A DNA stretch of 64,000 nt from Candidatus Babeliales bacterium (GCA_050179755.1 JBFXEV010000001.1:969994-1033993); one strand, 5' to 3'. Positions 10,215-20,275 are shown, counted from the stretch's first letter. Program-made: numbers and translations. Notes: generated from the sequence alone by a model not told the origin.

Positions 10215-10562
10215 ATGCGTATTTTAATTAATTCACTATTAAAATTAACGTTATTGGCACTCATTATATCTGTGGGCAGTGTTACTGCTATGGAATATGG
10301 GGATTTGCCTCAAAGTAATGCAGCGCCAACTATTGGCTCATGGGCATATGCTTTTATGCAGCCCTCAACTCCTGCAAAATCAGTAAAAGCAACAAATAAG
10401 GCACTGTATGCAGCTCCCGTAGCTGCTGCCGCGCCCGCATTATTATCTAAAAAAACTATGCTCATATTGGCAGGCGGATTGCTTACGCTATGGGCAGTTA
10501 AAAAAGTATACAATTGGATGTATAGTAAACCGAAGAATGGAGAAGTAACATGTTATCAATAA
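10215..10562 (+). CDS. Hypothetical exported protein with C-terminal hydrophobic helix
   Basis: GGAGG RBS; signal peptide ending VTA-ME; TM-like LILAGGLLTLWAV. Confidence 0.75.
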   Translation: MRILINSLLKLTLLALIISVGSVTAMEYGDLPQSNAAPTIGSWAYAFMQPSTPAKSVKATNKALYAAPVAAAAPALLSKKTMLILAGGLLTLWAVKKVYNWMYSKPKNGEVTCYQ

Positions 10563-11518
10563 AAAAACAATTATTAGTGCTCGCACTTACGGCAAGCGTT
10601 GCAGCACCAGTTTGCGCAATGGACCAGCAAGATTCATCAAGCTTGATCAATTGGAAAACCGGAGCAGTAGCTGCTACCGCGCTTGTTATAGGATTAGGCT
10701 GTGCTGCAAGATGGCTAACTTTTGGTACACCAGTAAAACAATTAGATACACTTGAGCAGTCAACTAAGGTTGCCGGTCAAGCAGATCAAGGCCAGGCTGC
10801 GCAACAACCTTTGCAAGAAGATAAATCGCAAGCACTTCAACAAGATAAAACTCAAGATGCACAAGCGCAAAAGCCGGTTCAAGATGTAGATGCTCAAAAT
10901 CAGCAGCCATCAGCAACGGCAATAAAGCGTCGCCCAGCGGGTCAAGCCGGCAGAAGGTTGCCTACAAGAAAGCCTGTAAAAACGCAGGATGAGCTTAATT
11001 TGGATGTAGAGGCTCCTGTTCAAGATGAACCAGCAGTTGAACCAAACGCAGCTCAACCAGCCGCTCCTGCGACCCAAAAACCTTTAAATGGAAAAGGTTA
11101 CGGAGTGAATCTTGGTGATCTTACAGCAACTAAATTAAAGAAAACAGTAAAAACTACCGCTACAGTTCCAGCAAAAGCTGCACAACCTAAGCCGCTTCCA
11201 CAAGTGCCAACGGCAAAAGAAGTGGTTGTTGAACAACCTACTGCAGATATGCTTGAACAATTTGCTCAAGAAATAGAGGATTTTAAAGCAATATCCCTTG
11301 CAAATCAAAAAAGCGAATTAGCAGCTACTGTGCAAGCATATGTTACACAACCAATACAAGATACTCAAAATCTTCTTAAAGTGTACGTGCAAATATATGG
11401 TGAGCGTGTAAAATCAAATGCGTTGGCCATTGCAATGACTAAGTTGTTTGCAACAAAAACGCCAGCACAAAGAAGTGCAGAATTCAATAACATTAAGCAA
11501 ATTCTTGGTGTGCGGTAA
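10550..11518 (+). CDS. Exported membrane-anchored effector-like protein with CPI-like and WH2-like motifs
   Basis: Signal peptide ending VCA-MD, TM segment, Q/P/A-rich linker, C-terminal helical domain shared with 12011-12610. Confidence 0.8.
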   Translation: MLSIKKQLLVLALTASVAAPVCAMDQQDSSSLINWKTGAVAATALVIGLGCAARWLTFGTPVKQLDTLEQSTKVAGQADQGQAAQQPLQEDKSQALQQDKTQDAQAQKPVQDVDAQNQQPSATAIKRRPAGQAGRRLPTRKPVKTQDELNLDVEAPVQDEPAVEPNAAQPAAPATQKPLNGKGYGVNLGDLTATKLKKTVKTTATVPAKAAQPKPLPQVPTAKEVVVEQPTADMLEQFAQEIEDFKAISLANQKSELAATVQAYVTQPIQDTQNLLKVYVQIYGERVKSNALAIAMTKLFATKTPAQRSAEFNNIKQILGVR

Positions 11519-11533
11519 CAGAGAAATATTGAG

Positions 11534-11565
11534 ACATGCCACTCGCTGAGAGTGGCATGTTTTTT
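11534..11565 (+). terminator. Intrinsic terminator
   Basis: acatgccact / agtggcatgt stem followed by a T run. Confidence 0.75.
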
Positions 11566-11589
11566 AATGACACAGAGGTTTATAACATT

Positions 11590-12009
11590 ATGCTTACTTC
11601 AATAATAAAAAAAATAGTAATGTTTGCTTTTATTATGGGGATTGTGGCTCCTATTACAGCAATGGATTCTCATCAAGATTCGCGCTGGTTTGGATGGAAG
11701 TCAGCAACAGGGGCTACCGCATTAGTGGTAGGTCTTGGAGCTTGGTGGTTGTATACTCATTGGAATAAGTCGGTATCAAAGCGAAATAGTACTACAAAAA
11801 GTACTCGTGCAGCAACAAAGCCATCAAAGCGCCAAGTTTCGCCCAACGCCAAAACTCAATCAGTCCAAGATTCCTCTCCTATGGTGACCACTGCGCAAGC
11901 GCCAATAATGGCATATGAAGATATAACAGATGAATATCTTGATAGAGAAATAGCTCAACTAGAACGTGAAATCGCTGAGGATAAAGCTAGAGAAAACAAA
12001 GGGAAATAA
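11590..12009 (+). CDS. Exported membrane-anchored protein, paralogue of its neighbours
   Basis: Start ATG 11590; ITA-MD signal end; WKSATGATALVVGLG matches neighbours. Confidence 0.78.
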   Translation: MLTSIIKKIVMFAFIMGIVAPITAMDSHQDSRWFGWKSATGATALVVGLGAWWLYTHWNKSVSKRNSTTKSTRAATKPSKRQVSPNAKTQSVQDSSPMVTTAQAPIMAYEDITDEYLDREIAQLEREIAEDKARENKGK

Positions 12010-12010
12010 C

Positions 12011-12610
12011 ATGGTATCACTATATAAAAAATTACTTATGTTTGCACTTATCGCAAGCATTGTCGCTCCTCTTTCTGCAATGGATTCACAAGAAACTACG
12101 TCATCTGGATTTGGATGGAAAGCTGGCTTAGGTTTAACTGCCGCCGTGGCAGGAACCGGGTTGGCAGCATATTTGGCTTATTCTTCGTGGAACAGGCCAG
12201 CAACTAAGCCTGTTGGATGTGTGCGCCAAAAGTCGTCAGTGCGTTGGGCTACGCCCACAGCAGCGGATATTGCTCAAATGGAACAAGAAGAGCGTGCAGC
12301 ACAGGATGCTGCATTACAAGAGTTAGAAGGGCAAGCTGCATCGCAAGAATCGATGATTCTAGAAGATTTTAGAAGCGCTAATGCCCAGACACAAAAGATA
12401 GAGATTGCAAAACAAGCATTTCAATATATTGATTCTCCAGAACAAGAAACTGAAGATCTGATAAGGCAGTATGTTCAAATCTATAGTCACCGATTAAAAT
12501 CACCAGATCTCGATATTGCAATGAATCGCTTATTTGCGGCAAAGGATAAAGCGGCAAAGACTATTGAATTAACCAAGATCAAGCAAATGCTTGGCTTAGT
12601 TTATTACTAA
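12011..12610 (+). CDS. Exported membrane-anchored protein, paralogue of 10550-11518
   Basis: Start ATG 12011; LSA-MD; shared EDF...YVQIY...IAM.RLFA...IKQ.LG domain. Confidence 0.8.
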   Translation: MVSLYKKLLMFALIASIVAPLSAMDSQETTSSGFGWKAGLGLTAAVAGTGLAAYLAYSSWNRPATKPVGCVRQKSSVRWATPTAADIAQMEQEERAAQDAALQELEGQAASQESMILEDFRSANAQTQKIEIAKQAFQYIDSPEQETEDLIRQYVQIYSHRLKSPDLDIAMNRLFAAKDKAAKTIELTKIKQMLGLVYY

Positions 12611-12630
12611 TTTAACGAGTATATAGTATT

Positions 12631-12666
12631 AAAAACGTGCCACTGGTCAAAAGGTGGCACGTTTTT
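12631..12666 (+). terminator. Intrinsic terminator (possibly bidirectional)
   Basis: aaaaacgtgccac / gtggcacgttttt inverted repeat. Confidence 0.75.
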
Positions 12667-12765
12667 ATTTTATACTATTACAAATAGAAAAGCTTGTGTG
12701 GTATGCTAAAAGTAGAATGAGCTGTTCTGTTGCTCTTAGATGGAAACATTAATGATGGAGGTAGT

Positions 12766-13278
12766 ATGAAGAATATCGTTATGTCTATGGCAGTTGTAGT
12801 TGGGTTTAGCTTTGTAGCTTTAAGGGTGCAAGCAGCCACAGAAAAAATGGTCGATAATGAAGTTACTTTTGAGCTCTATAATAAAAGTAAAGCAGCATTC
12901 AAGACAAATCCTACCATAAAAGTATATGGGGGGCGCATACTCAAAGGCGATATAGGTTCAGCAGATAAAAAGACTGAGCCGCTTTATGCCAACGTGTCTC
13001 GCGCACAAATACGAGTTGATGATGCCAGTAAATTTTTAATCTATCTAGAGATTCTGCATCCACGCGGCACGTATACATATACCATTCGTCCAGGCCATAA
13101 CAAAGTGTTAATTTCATTTGATCCGGAAAAATCTCCTGCAGTATATCCACAAACGGGGCCACTTAAAGGATTGCTTGGCAAAACTGAGTCTGGTCTATCA
13201 TTAAAAAATAATGTGTCTGCTGCACAAATTACAGAAGGTGATCTGCGTAGTGCTCTTCAAAAAATAGGTATTGGCTAA
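12766..13278 (+). CDS. Hypothetical exported protein
   Basis: GGAGG RBS, ATG 12766, signal peptide ending VQA. Confidence 0.75.
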   Translation: MKNIVMSMAVVVGFSFVALRVQAATEKMVDNEVTFELYNKSKAAFKTNPTIKVYGGRILKGDIGSADKKTEPLYANVSRAQIRVDDASKFLIYLEILHPRGTYTYTIRPGHNKVLISFDPEKSPAVYPQTGPLKGLLGKTESGLSLKNNVSAAQITEGDLRSALQKIGIG

Positions 13279-13286
13279 AATGAGTA

Positions 13287-16004
13287 CTAGCCCTGTTCAA
13301 GAATTGTAACAGTGCTTCCTTGTGGTCCTTTATCCACTATAAAGTGAACCGGAAACTGTTCTTTCATGCTGGGCAAATGAGAAACAATAATAATTTTACA
13401 AAAGTTATCTTGAATAGCATAAATGGCCTCCATAAGTCTATGGAGGCCTTCATCATCCTGAGAGCCAAACCCTTCGTCAATAATAAGTGTTTGGAGTGAA
13501 GTTCCCGCTCTTCGTGCAAGCAGCTTTGATATGGCAATGCGTAATGCAAAATCAATGCGGAACGCTTCACCGCCAGAAAACATTTCATAGGGGCGAATGC
13601 CTTGCGTATCAGAAATATTAATATCAAGTGTTTCCTTGGCGCCACCCTTTTTAAGGTCTTTGAGTGATTCAATCATAATATGCGCTTGATTGTCCGTGAG
13701 TGCACCAAGTAATGCATTGGTTTCCTGCTCTATTTCGGGAATAGTTTCTTCTATTAAAAGCGCTTGTATGCCATCTTTGCCAAGAGCCGTGGCAATGGCG
13801 CCATATTCAAAAGAACCTGCATCAAGCATGGTAATACGTTTTTGCTCTTCCTCAAGTTCTTTGGCCATCAACTCAAGCTGCTTGCGTTCGTGTTCTAGGC
13901 TGCCTTGTTCTCGCGAGAGCGATTCTTTTTCTTTTTGGAGGGTAGTGAAGGCCGCTAATAATTCTTTTTCGTCCACGGTCAATTTTTGCATGCTTTCTAG
14001 AGCAGGTTGTAATTGCTTACACTGTTCACTCACTTCTTTTAATTGCCTTTTGATTGTTTTGAGTGAAGCAAATAAAGCAAGGCATGCTTGCTTACGATCA
14101 GTTTGTTCTTTGCGCGCTTGTTCAAGTGATGCATATTGGAGTAACTTTGTTTCAATTTCTTCAATGTTTTTTTTATCACGTTGATGCTGCTCGGCATTAT
14201 ACCCCAATTCTTTACTTTTAATTTCAAGCTTATCAAGTTGTTGGGTAATGAGTTGTAATGGTTGGTGTTCAGAGAGCATTTTCTCTTGGGTAGTCGTGAG
14301 CTCTTTAAGTTGTGCATATGTTTTAGTGAGCGCAGCGTTAATTGCTGAAAGTTCTTTGGCAAGCAGTGCGTGTTGCTTTTCATTCTCTTGGGTGAGTTTT
14401 AATAATGCTTCATGTTCTTTTTGTATATGGCATATATGTACACGTTGTCGCTCGAGTTCGTGCGCCAGTTTTTGTGCTTCTTCAAAGTGAGCATGTTCTG
14501 CCAAGAGGGTTTGTTTGAGCGGTGTAAGTATTGTTTTAAGGCGGTGCAAACGCGCGCTAATAAACTGTTCGCGGTGCATAAGCTTGGTATGAATAAAACG
14601 TTTTCTACTGAGCGATAAGTTTTGCTCACACAGTGGGCAGCTTGGATCATCTTGTTCAAGGGATAATTGTTTTTTTTGGGTTAAATCAGTTTGCTCTTTA
14701 ATGAGCTGTTGTGCCTGTGCCACCCACGCATGATAATAATTTTTTTTCTTTTCAAAGCGTGGGCGCAATTTTTCTTGCGCAGCAATGCTTTTTTCAAGTC
14801 GTTCAAGGTCTATTTTGCCTTGCGTAATCTCTTTGAGCGTGTGTGCGATATGTTTGTTAGTTTGTTCTTGCGTTGCAGTAAGTATCGCTAATTTAGTGCT
14901 TGTTTCTTTAACGAGCATCTCTTGGTGTGCTGCATTAAGCTGCTGTGTGTGTAGCTCTTTATCATGCTGAACTTTTAACTGTTGTAGCACTAGAGCAAAC
15001 TGCTCTTTTAGTTGTAACGTTTGCTCTTTAAAGCCAAGTTGTTTCTCAAGCGCTGTTTGGTGCTGCGCAATGGCGGCATTCATGAGAGTGCGCTTTGCTT
15101 CAAGCTCGTTTTTCTGCGAACCTGTATGTTGGGCACTATGCACTCTATGCCATTGTTGCCATAGTGCGTTGAGTTGTTCTTCTTCGCGCGATTTTCTAAG
15201 AAGTAATTCTTCTTCTTGTTTTAAGAGAATATTGCGCTGTTCTATTTTTGCGGTGAGTTCTTGCTTGGTTTGCGCAATTTTTTTTTGTGTAAGTTCGTAG
15301 TGTTCTGTTGTTGTTGAGAGAACTTGCAGTCTATCGCCAACAACTTGTGCAAGAGCGATGACTTCGTTTAAACGTTCAAGTTGTACTTTAACTTTTTGGC
15401 TGTGTTCAACACTATATTTTTTTTGATTGCCAAGATCTTTTGCTTTATACAGTGCACGTTGCTTGAGTGCTTCAAACTGATTAAGGCCTAAAATTGCAGA
15501 CAATATTTGTTTGCGCTCTTTGGCCGACTTTTTAGAAAATTCATTTGAGCTGCCTTGCCGTAAAAAGGCTGAATTAATAAACGTGTCATAATCAAGGCCA
15601 ATGGTAGCGATTATTTTTTCTTGGGTAGCCCTAATGGTTTTATCGGTTAATGCGCGTATAGTTTTTGAAGATGTGTCGTAGATGCCAAAATCAAGAGATG
15701 CATAGGGCTTTGCATATGTTTTTGCATATTCTCGTTTAATGCGATATGTATGCGTATTGAATTCGAACTCAAAAATTACCGTCATGAAGGTCTGGCCAAT
15801 GCGCAATAGATTATCGTCTGGCTTACTTGCGCCCGCGGTCTTGCGCGCTTGCCCCCATATTGCCCATGTCATGGCATCAAGCAGTGCTGATTTACCATGG
15901 CCATTTTTGCCGCTTAAACAAATAAGCGGATAGCCTGCAAATTCAATTATTTGCCGCTTGCCGTAACTTAAAAAATTTTCTATTTCAAGTCGTATGGGTA
16001 TCAT
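13287..16004 (-). CDS. sbcC: SbcC/Rad50-family SMC ATPase
   Basis: Walker A GKNGHGKS, Q-loop FLRQG, zinc hook CPLC, signature FSGGE, Walker B LIIDEGFG, long coiled coils. Confidence 0.92.
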   Translation of the reverse strand: MIPIRLEIENFLSYGKRQIIEFAGYPLICLSGKNGHGKSALLDAMTWAIWGQARKTAGASKPDDNLLRIGQTFMTVIFEFEFNTHTYRIKREYAKTYAKPYASLDFGIYDTSSKTIRALTDKTIRATQEKIIATIGLDYDTFINSAFLRQGSSNEFSKKSAKERKQILSAILGLNQFEALKQRALYKAKDLGNQKKYSVEHSQKVKVQLERLNEVIALAQVVGDRLQVLSTTTEHYELTQKKIAQTKQELTAKIEQRNILLKQEEELLLRKSREEEQLNALWQQWHRVHSAQHTGSQKNELEAKRTLMNAAIAQHQTALEKQLGFKEQTLQLKEQFALVLQQLKVQHDKELHTQQLNAAHQEMLVKETSTKLAILTATQEQTNKHIAHTLKEITQGKIDLERLEKSIAAQEKLRPRFEKKKNYYHAWVAQAQQLIKEQTDLTQKKQLSLEQDDPSCPLCEQNLSLSRKRFIHTKLMHREQFISARLHRLKTILTPLKQTLLAEHAHFEEAQKLAHELERQRVHICHIQKEHEALLKLTQENEKQHALLAKELSAINAALTKTYAQLKELTTTQEKMLSEHQPLQLITQQLDKLEIKSKELGYNAEQHQRDKKNIEEIETKLLQYASLEQARKEQTDRKQACLALFASLKTIKRQLKEVSEQCKQLQPALESMQKLTVDEKELLAAFTTLQKEKESLSREQGSLEHERKQLELMAKELEEEQKRITMLDAGSFEYGAIATALGKDGIQALLIEETIPEIEQETNALLGALTDNQAHIMIESLKDLKKGGAKETLDINISDTQGIRPYEMFSGGEAFRIDFALRIAISKLLARRAGTSLQTLIIDEGFGSQDDEGLHRLMEAIYAIQDNFCKIIIVSHLPSMKEQFPVHFIVDKGPQGSTVTILEQG

Positions 16005-16028
16005 GTTAACGCTGTTGAGTTGTTTGTG

Positions 16029-16091
16029 CCTGTTCGTCTCTACCGAGCGCTCATCTTATTTAAAATGACGCGAGTGGAGTGATACGAACGG
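16029..16091. repeat. Imperfect palindrome in a divergent intergenic region
   Basis: cctgttcgt...acgaacgg outer arms; internal cgctcatc shared with family B repeats. Confidence 0.4.
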
Positions 16092-16168
16092 AATCCAGTT
16101 GTTTCAATTTTTTTACCTACTATACTTAGCATATACCATTTCGAGTAAATCTAATATCAAGGGAAAGT

Positions 16169-17566
16169 ATGCAAGATCATATTTTTAGATTATACGATAT
16201 TCGCGGCAAAGTAGGTTCTGAAATGCCAATCGATCACGTAGAAGCTCTCACGCATGCCATTGCCTATTATTTTAAACAGAATAAACCTGAAGTTAGAACT
16301 ATTGCAGTAGGTGCCGATGGTAGAACACACTCACCGGCAATTAAAGAACGCGTTTGTAAAGCATTACAAGATGCAGGATTACATGTTATTTTTGTGGGGA
16401 CGTGTCCTTCTCCCGTGCTTTATTTTTCTCTTTATAATTTACCTGTCGATGCGGGCATAATGATCACTGCGTCACATAATGGCCCGGAATATAATGGATT
16501 AAAAATTTGTTTGGGCACTGAATCGGTTTGGGGCACACAAATTCAAGAGATTAAAACTTTTTATCAGCAAGGTGTAAAGTTGTCATGTGATGGTCGTGGC
16601 GGCTATCAAGAACAAGACGTTATAGCATTATATATTTCTTGGTTAAAAAATAACTTTCAGCATTTAGTAGGATGTTCGTTGAAAGCAGTGGTTGATTGTG
16701 GCAATGGCGCTGGTGGCACCGTAATGCCAAAATTAGTACAAGCCTTTCAATGGCGAAATGTAACGTTGTTATATGCAGAAGTTGATGGTACGTATCCTAA
16801 TCACGAAGCAGATCCTACCGTTGAAGAAAATATGCAAGACGTAAAATCGATGTTGGCGGCATCTGATCTTGCATGCGGCATTGGTCTTGATGGTGATTGT
16901 GATCGCATGGCCGCTATGACTAAATCAGGTGAGTTGGTGCAAGGTGATAAACTGCTTGCAGTCTTTGCGTGCGAATTAGTTAAAACACACCCTGGCGCAT
17001 CAATTGTATTTGATATCAAATGTTCTTCTGGGCTTTCAGAATTATTAATGGCGTGGCATGCAAGACCAGTAATGTCACCTTCTGGTCACTCAATTATTAA
17101 AGGCGCTATGAAGCGTGAGCATGCGCTGCTTGGTGGTGAACTAAGTTGCCATTTTTTCTTTAAAGATAAATATTACGGCTATGATGATGCTTTTTATGCA
17201 ATGCTCAGGTTATTTGAATTACTAAAAGATGGTACGTCGCTTGAGGCGTTACTTGCTTGTTTTCCGCACAAAGTAAGCACCAGAGAATATCGTATTGCTT
17301 GTGATCAAGATAAAATGGCGCGTATTGTGCATGCGGTGCAAGATACGTTCATGCGCAAACCTGGCATGGAATTGGTTACGATTGATGGTATTCGTGTGAG
17401 CATGCAACATGGTTGGGGTATGCTCAGAGCGTCTAATACGCAACCGGTGCTGTGTTTGCGTTTTGAAGCAAATACTAATGAACAAGTTTCAGATATTAAA
17501 GAACAGTTTATTGATGCGTTAATGCCGTTTTATGATAAAGCATATTTAATTAAAAATTTGGCGTAA
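16169..17566 (+). CDS. Phosphomannomutase/phosphoglucomutase
   Basis: FRLYDIRG, ITASHN, DGDCDR, GELSCH, RASNTQP. Confidence 0.95.
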   Translation: MQDHIFRLYDIRGKVGSEMPIDHVEALTHAIAYYFKQNKPEVRTIAVGADGRTHSPAIKERVCKALQDAGLHVIFVGTCPSPVLYFSLYNLPVDAGIMITASHNGPEYNGLKICLGTESVWGTQIQEIKTFYQQGVKLSCDGRGGYQEQDVIALYISWLKNNFQHLVGCSLKAVVDCGNGAGGTVMPKLVQAFQWRNVTLLYAEVDGTYPNHEADPTVEENMQDVKSMLAASDLACGIGLDGDCDRMAAMTKSGELVQGDKLLAVFACELVKTHPGASIVFDIKCSSGLSELLMAWHARPVMSPSGHSIIKGAMKREHALLGGELSCHFFFKDKYYGYDDAFYAMLRLFELLKDGTSLEALLACFPHKVSTREYRIACDQDKMARIVHAVQDTFMRKPGMELVTIDGIRVSMQHGWGMLRASNTQPVLCLRFEANTNEQVSDIKEQFIDALMPFYDKAYLIKNLA

Positions 17567-17584
17567 TACGAAAGAGGAGGTATC

Positions 17585-18403
17585 ATGCGTACCGTTGGCC
17601 TCCATTTGCGCATAGATCGCTCTCTGACGCATACGGCACAATTTGCGCAAGCAATGGGCATGCGCAGTTTTCAATGCTTTATTTCGTTGCATGCCTCTGG
17701 TAAATCTTTTTTGCCTGATTATGAGGATATACATGCATTTAATCAGATGCGCTCACAATTTGATAATCTCTTTTTGCATGCATCTTACTTTATAAATCCT
17801 GCAAGTTGCACGCGCACGTATCATCCTATCTTAGAGCAAGAAATTCACATAGCGCGCCAATTGAATATTCCCTACCTTATTTTGCATCCAGGTATGGCAC
17901 TGCATAAAGATCAGATCAATGACGGCATTGATGCCTTGGCTCGCGTGATTGATACGATTCATAATGCGCAGGACCAAGTATCTATTGTTATAGAAAATAC
18001 TGCGCAAGATGCACGAGCTGTTGGCAGTAAATTTGAACATTTAAAGTTATTGCTTGAACGATTAGATGATCCTGATCGCGTGCGCTTTTGCATTGATACG
18101 GCACATGCCTATGCGTATGGGTATGACATTAGTAATCCGCAAGCGCATGAAGCGTTGCTTGATTTATTAGATGCCACTATTGGTATTGACCGCATAGTGG
18201 TTATTCATTTGAATGATACATTAAAGCCGCTTGCAAGTTTTATTGATGAGCATACCAATTTAGGTGATGGTCTTATTGGCTTGCAAGCGCTTCAAGCATT
18301 TGTAAATAATAAACGCCTTTCTCATATTCCACTTATTTTAGAGTTGCCGGTACTTTCTGATGTTGAATATCGTGGAATTCTAAAGTTGGTAAATAACTGG
18401 TAG
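17585..18403 (+). CDS. nfo: Endonuclease IV
   Basis: HASYFINPA, LHPG, IENTA, CIDTAH, IHLND, DEH metal ligands. Confidence 0.92.
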   Translation: MRTVGLHLRIDRSLTHTAQFAQAMGMRSFQCFISLHASGKSFLPDYEDIHAFNQMRSQFDNLFLHASYFINPASCTRTYHPILEQEIHIARQLNIPYLILHPGMALHKDQINDGIDALARVIDTIHNAQDQVSIVIENTAQDARAVGSKFEHLKLLLERLDDPDRVRFCIDTAHAYAYGYDISNPQAHEALLDLLDATIGIDRIVVIHLNDTLKPLASFIDEHTNLGDGLIGLQALQAFVNNKRLSHIPLILELPVLSDVEYRGILKLVNNW

Positions 18404-18511
18404 TGATTGCGTAATGTTCTTTTAACGTGCAGGGCATTGACAATAGAAGCATCTTTTTAGTATTTCTTAAATAAGTAAGTGATACGTTTGGTTTTTAAAT
18501 GGGGAATTACT

Positions 18512-19600
18512 ATGACCAAATATATACTTTTTGTCAGTTTACTCATAACCACGTATGCATTACCTGCGCATGACGAAAAAAAAGGGTCTCACATGAACGT
18601 AGCAATAAATGGGTTTGGCAGAATTGGCAGAAATTTTTTACGTTGCGTGCTGGAGGATTCTGCTGCGTGCAAAAAAATTAAGATAGTTGCTATTAATTTG
18701 GGGCCCATGAATTTAGATGCAGCAGCGCATCTTTTTAAGCATGACACGTTACTGGGCACGTGGCCTGGTAATGTTGAATTGAAAGGTGATAATCTGATAA
18801 TTGATGGCCATGAGATTTTACTTTCAACCGAATGCGATCCTTGTGCGTGCCCTTGGAAAAAGCTTAACATTGATTGGGTTGTGGAATCATCAGGGCGATT
18901 TACCGATCACGATGGTGCAAGTGGGCATCTAAAAGCAGGCGCACGTCATGTGCTCGTCACCGCTCCTATGAAAGGTGATGACACATCTATTGTTCCGGGA
19001 GTTAATTTACATGATTATGATGCCAAGCGAGATAGCATTGTTTCTCTTGGCAGTTGTACTACTAATGCATTAATGCCGCTTTTAAAAGTGCTGCTAGAGC
19101 AATGCGGCATGCAAGCAGGTTATATGTCTACCATTCATGCTTATACAAATGATCAAGTAATACTTGATGTTGGCCATAAAGATTTGCGCAGGGCACGAGC
19201 TGCCGCCGTTAATATTGTGCCTACTACTACGGGTGCTGCTACTATGATAGCAAAATTATTCCCGCAATTAAAAGATAAGGTACCATGCACGTCAATACGC
19301 GTGCCAGTTCCCAAAGTATCGCTTCTTGATGTGTCATTTACGGCAGATAAAGCAATGTCTGTAGAATTGATTAACAAAGCGCTGCTTAAAGCATCGCAAG
19401 ATGATTTGCAATCTATAATGGGTTACTCAGATGAACCGCTTGTTTCATCTGATTACAATAAAAATAATAATTCAGTAACCATTGATAGCTTAATGACGCA
19501 AGCGTGTGGTAAAACAGGCAGAGTCTTTGGTTGGTATGATAACGAATGGGGTTATAGTGAACGGCTCAAAGACTTTCTTATATATATAGCAGATCACTAA
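18512..19600 (+). CDS. gap: Glyceraldehyde-3-phosphate dehydrogenase, possibly with an N-terminal signal peptide
   Basis: INGFGRIGR, SCTTN, RVPV, WYDNEWGYS; canonical start would be ATG 18593. Confidence 0.95.
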   Translation: MTKYILFVSLLITTYALPAHDEKKGSHMNVAINGFGRIGRNFLRCVLEDSAACKKIKIVAINLGPMNLDAAAHLFKHDTLLGTWPGNVELKGDNLIIDGHEILLSTECDPCACPWKKLNIDWVVESSGRFTDHDGASGHLKAGARHVLVTAPMKGDDTSIVPGVNLHDYDAKRDSIVSLGSCTTNALMPLLKVLLEQCGMQAGYMSTIHAYTNDQVILDVGHKDLRRARAAAVNIVPTTTGAATMIAKLFPQLKDKVPCTSIRVPVPKVSLLDVSFTADKAMSVELINKALLKASQDDLQSIMGYSDEPLVSSDYNKNNNSVTIDSLMTQACGKTGRVFGWYDNEWGYSERLKDFLIYIADH

Positions 19601-20058
19601 TTATTGTTGATATTAAGAGCGCCTACTAGATCTTTAGCTTCTTTAGCAATTGCCGATAAGGTACGTGCGGTGCCTTGCTTTACGTCATCTTTTTTGGGGT
19701 AATATTTATAATTACCATTTTTTAAGATTACAAGCTTGGGGCTAAGAGATAAGGGACTAATATCTACATGGAGCGCATACGTGCTTTCATCCTGAGAAGT
19801 TCGAGGTACCGCAGCGATGCCCATTGATTTTACTGGTATGAGCACTTTTGATTGAACCCAAGTTATTTTTTTTACTGGTTGTAGACCAGAATTAAGTGTT
19901 TGAGGGGCGTTGTTATCAACAATGCGCGAACCTACGCCTTCTCCTTTATCATTAAAAAGAGTAACGATCACTGAGTCGTTTGAGCTGTTTTGTACTTTAA
20001 GCGTAGCGCTATAAAGCGTTTGTGCGCAGATGAGTGAAACTAATAGCAACTTTTTCAT
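19597..20058 (-). CDS. Hypothetical exported protein
   Basis: GAGG RBS; MKKLLLVSLICAQTLYSA signal peptide. Confidence 0.75.
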   Translation of the reverse strand: MKKLLLVSLICAQTLYSATLKVQNSSNDSVIVTLFNDKGEGVGSRIVDNNAPQTLNSGLQPVKKITWVQSKVLIPVKSMGIAAVPRTSQDESTYALHVDISPLSLSPKLVILKNGNYKYYPKKDDVKQGTARTLSAIAKEAKDLVGALNINNN

Positions 20059-20198
20059 TTTGCCCTCATTTTAATTTTTGATATAATATTTAATTTCTAC
20101 TATCATTTTATCTGAAATTGAACCTTCAAATCAATATATGGCTCGATTTAGTTACTTCACAAAGGTAATAATTTAGGTTACTATGTAAGAGCTCTGGA

Positions 20199-20275
20199 GG
20201 GCCCATAGCTCAGTCGGTTAGAGCAATCGGCTCATAACCGAGAGGTCCCAGGTTCGAGTCCTGGTGGGCCCACCA
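20199..20275 (+). tRNA. tRNA with CAT anticodon, likely tRNA-Ile2 (lysidine)
   Basis: Cloverleaf GGGCCCA...TGGGCCC-ACCA, loop CTCATAA; acceptor stem is Ile-like. Confidence 0.9.

Noticed and set aside
11914..11980. Acidic helix EDITDEYLDREIAQLERE resembling ESCRT-III tails
   Set aside because: Too low in complexity to support a mimicry claim
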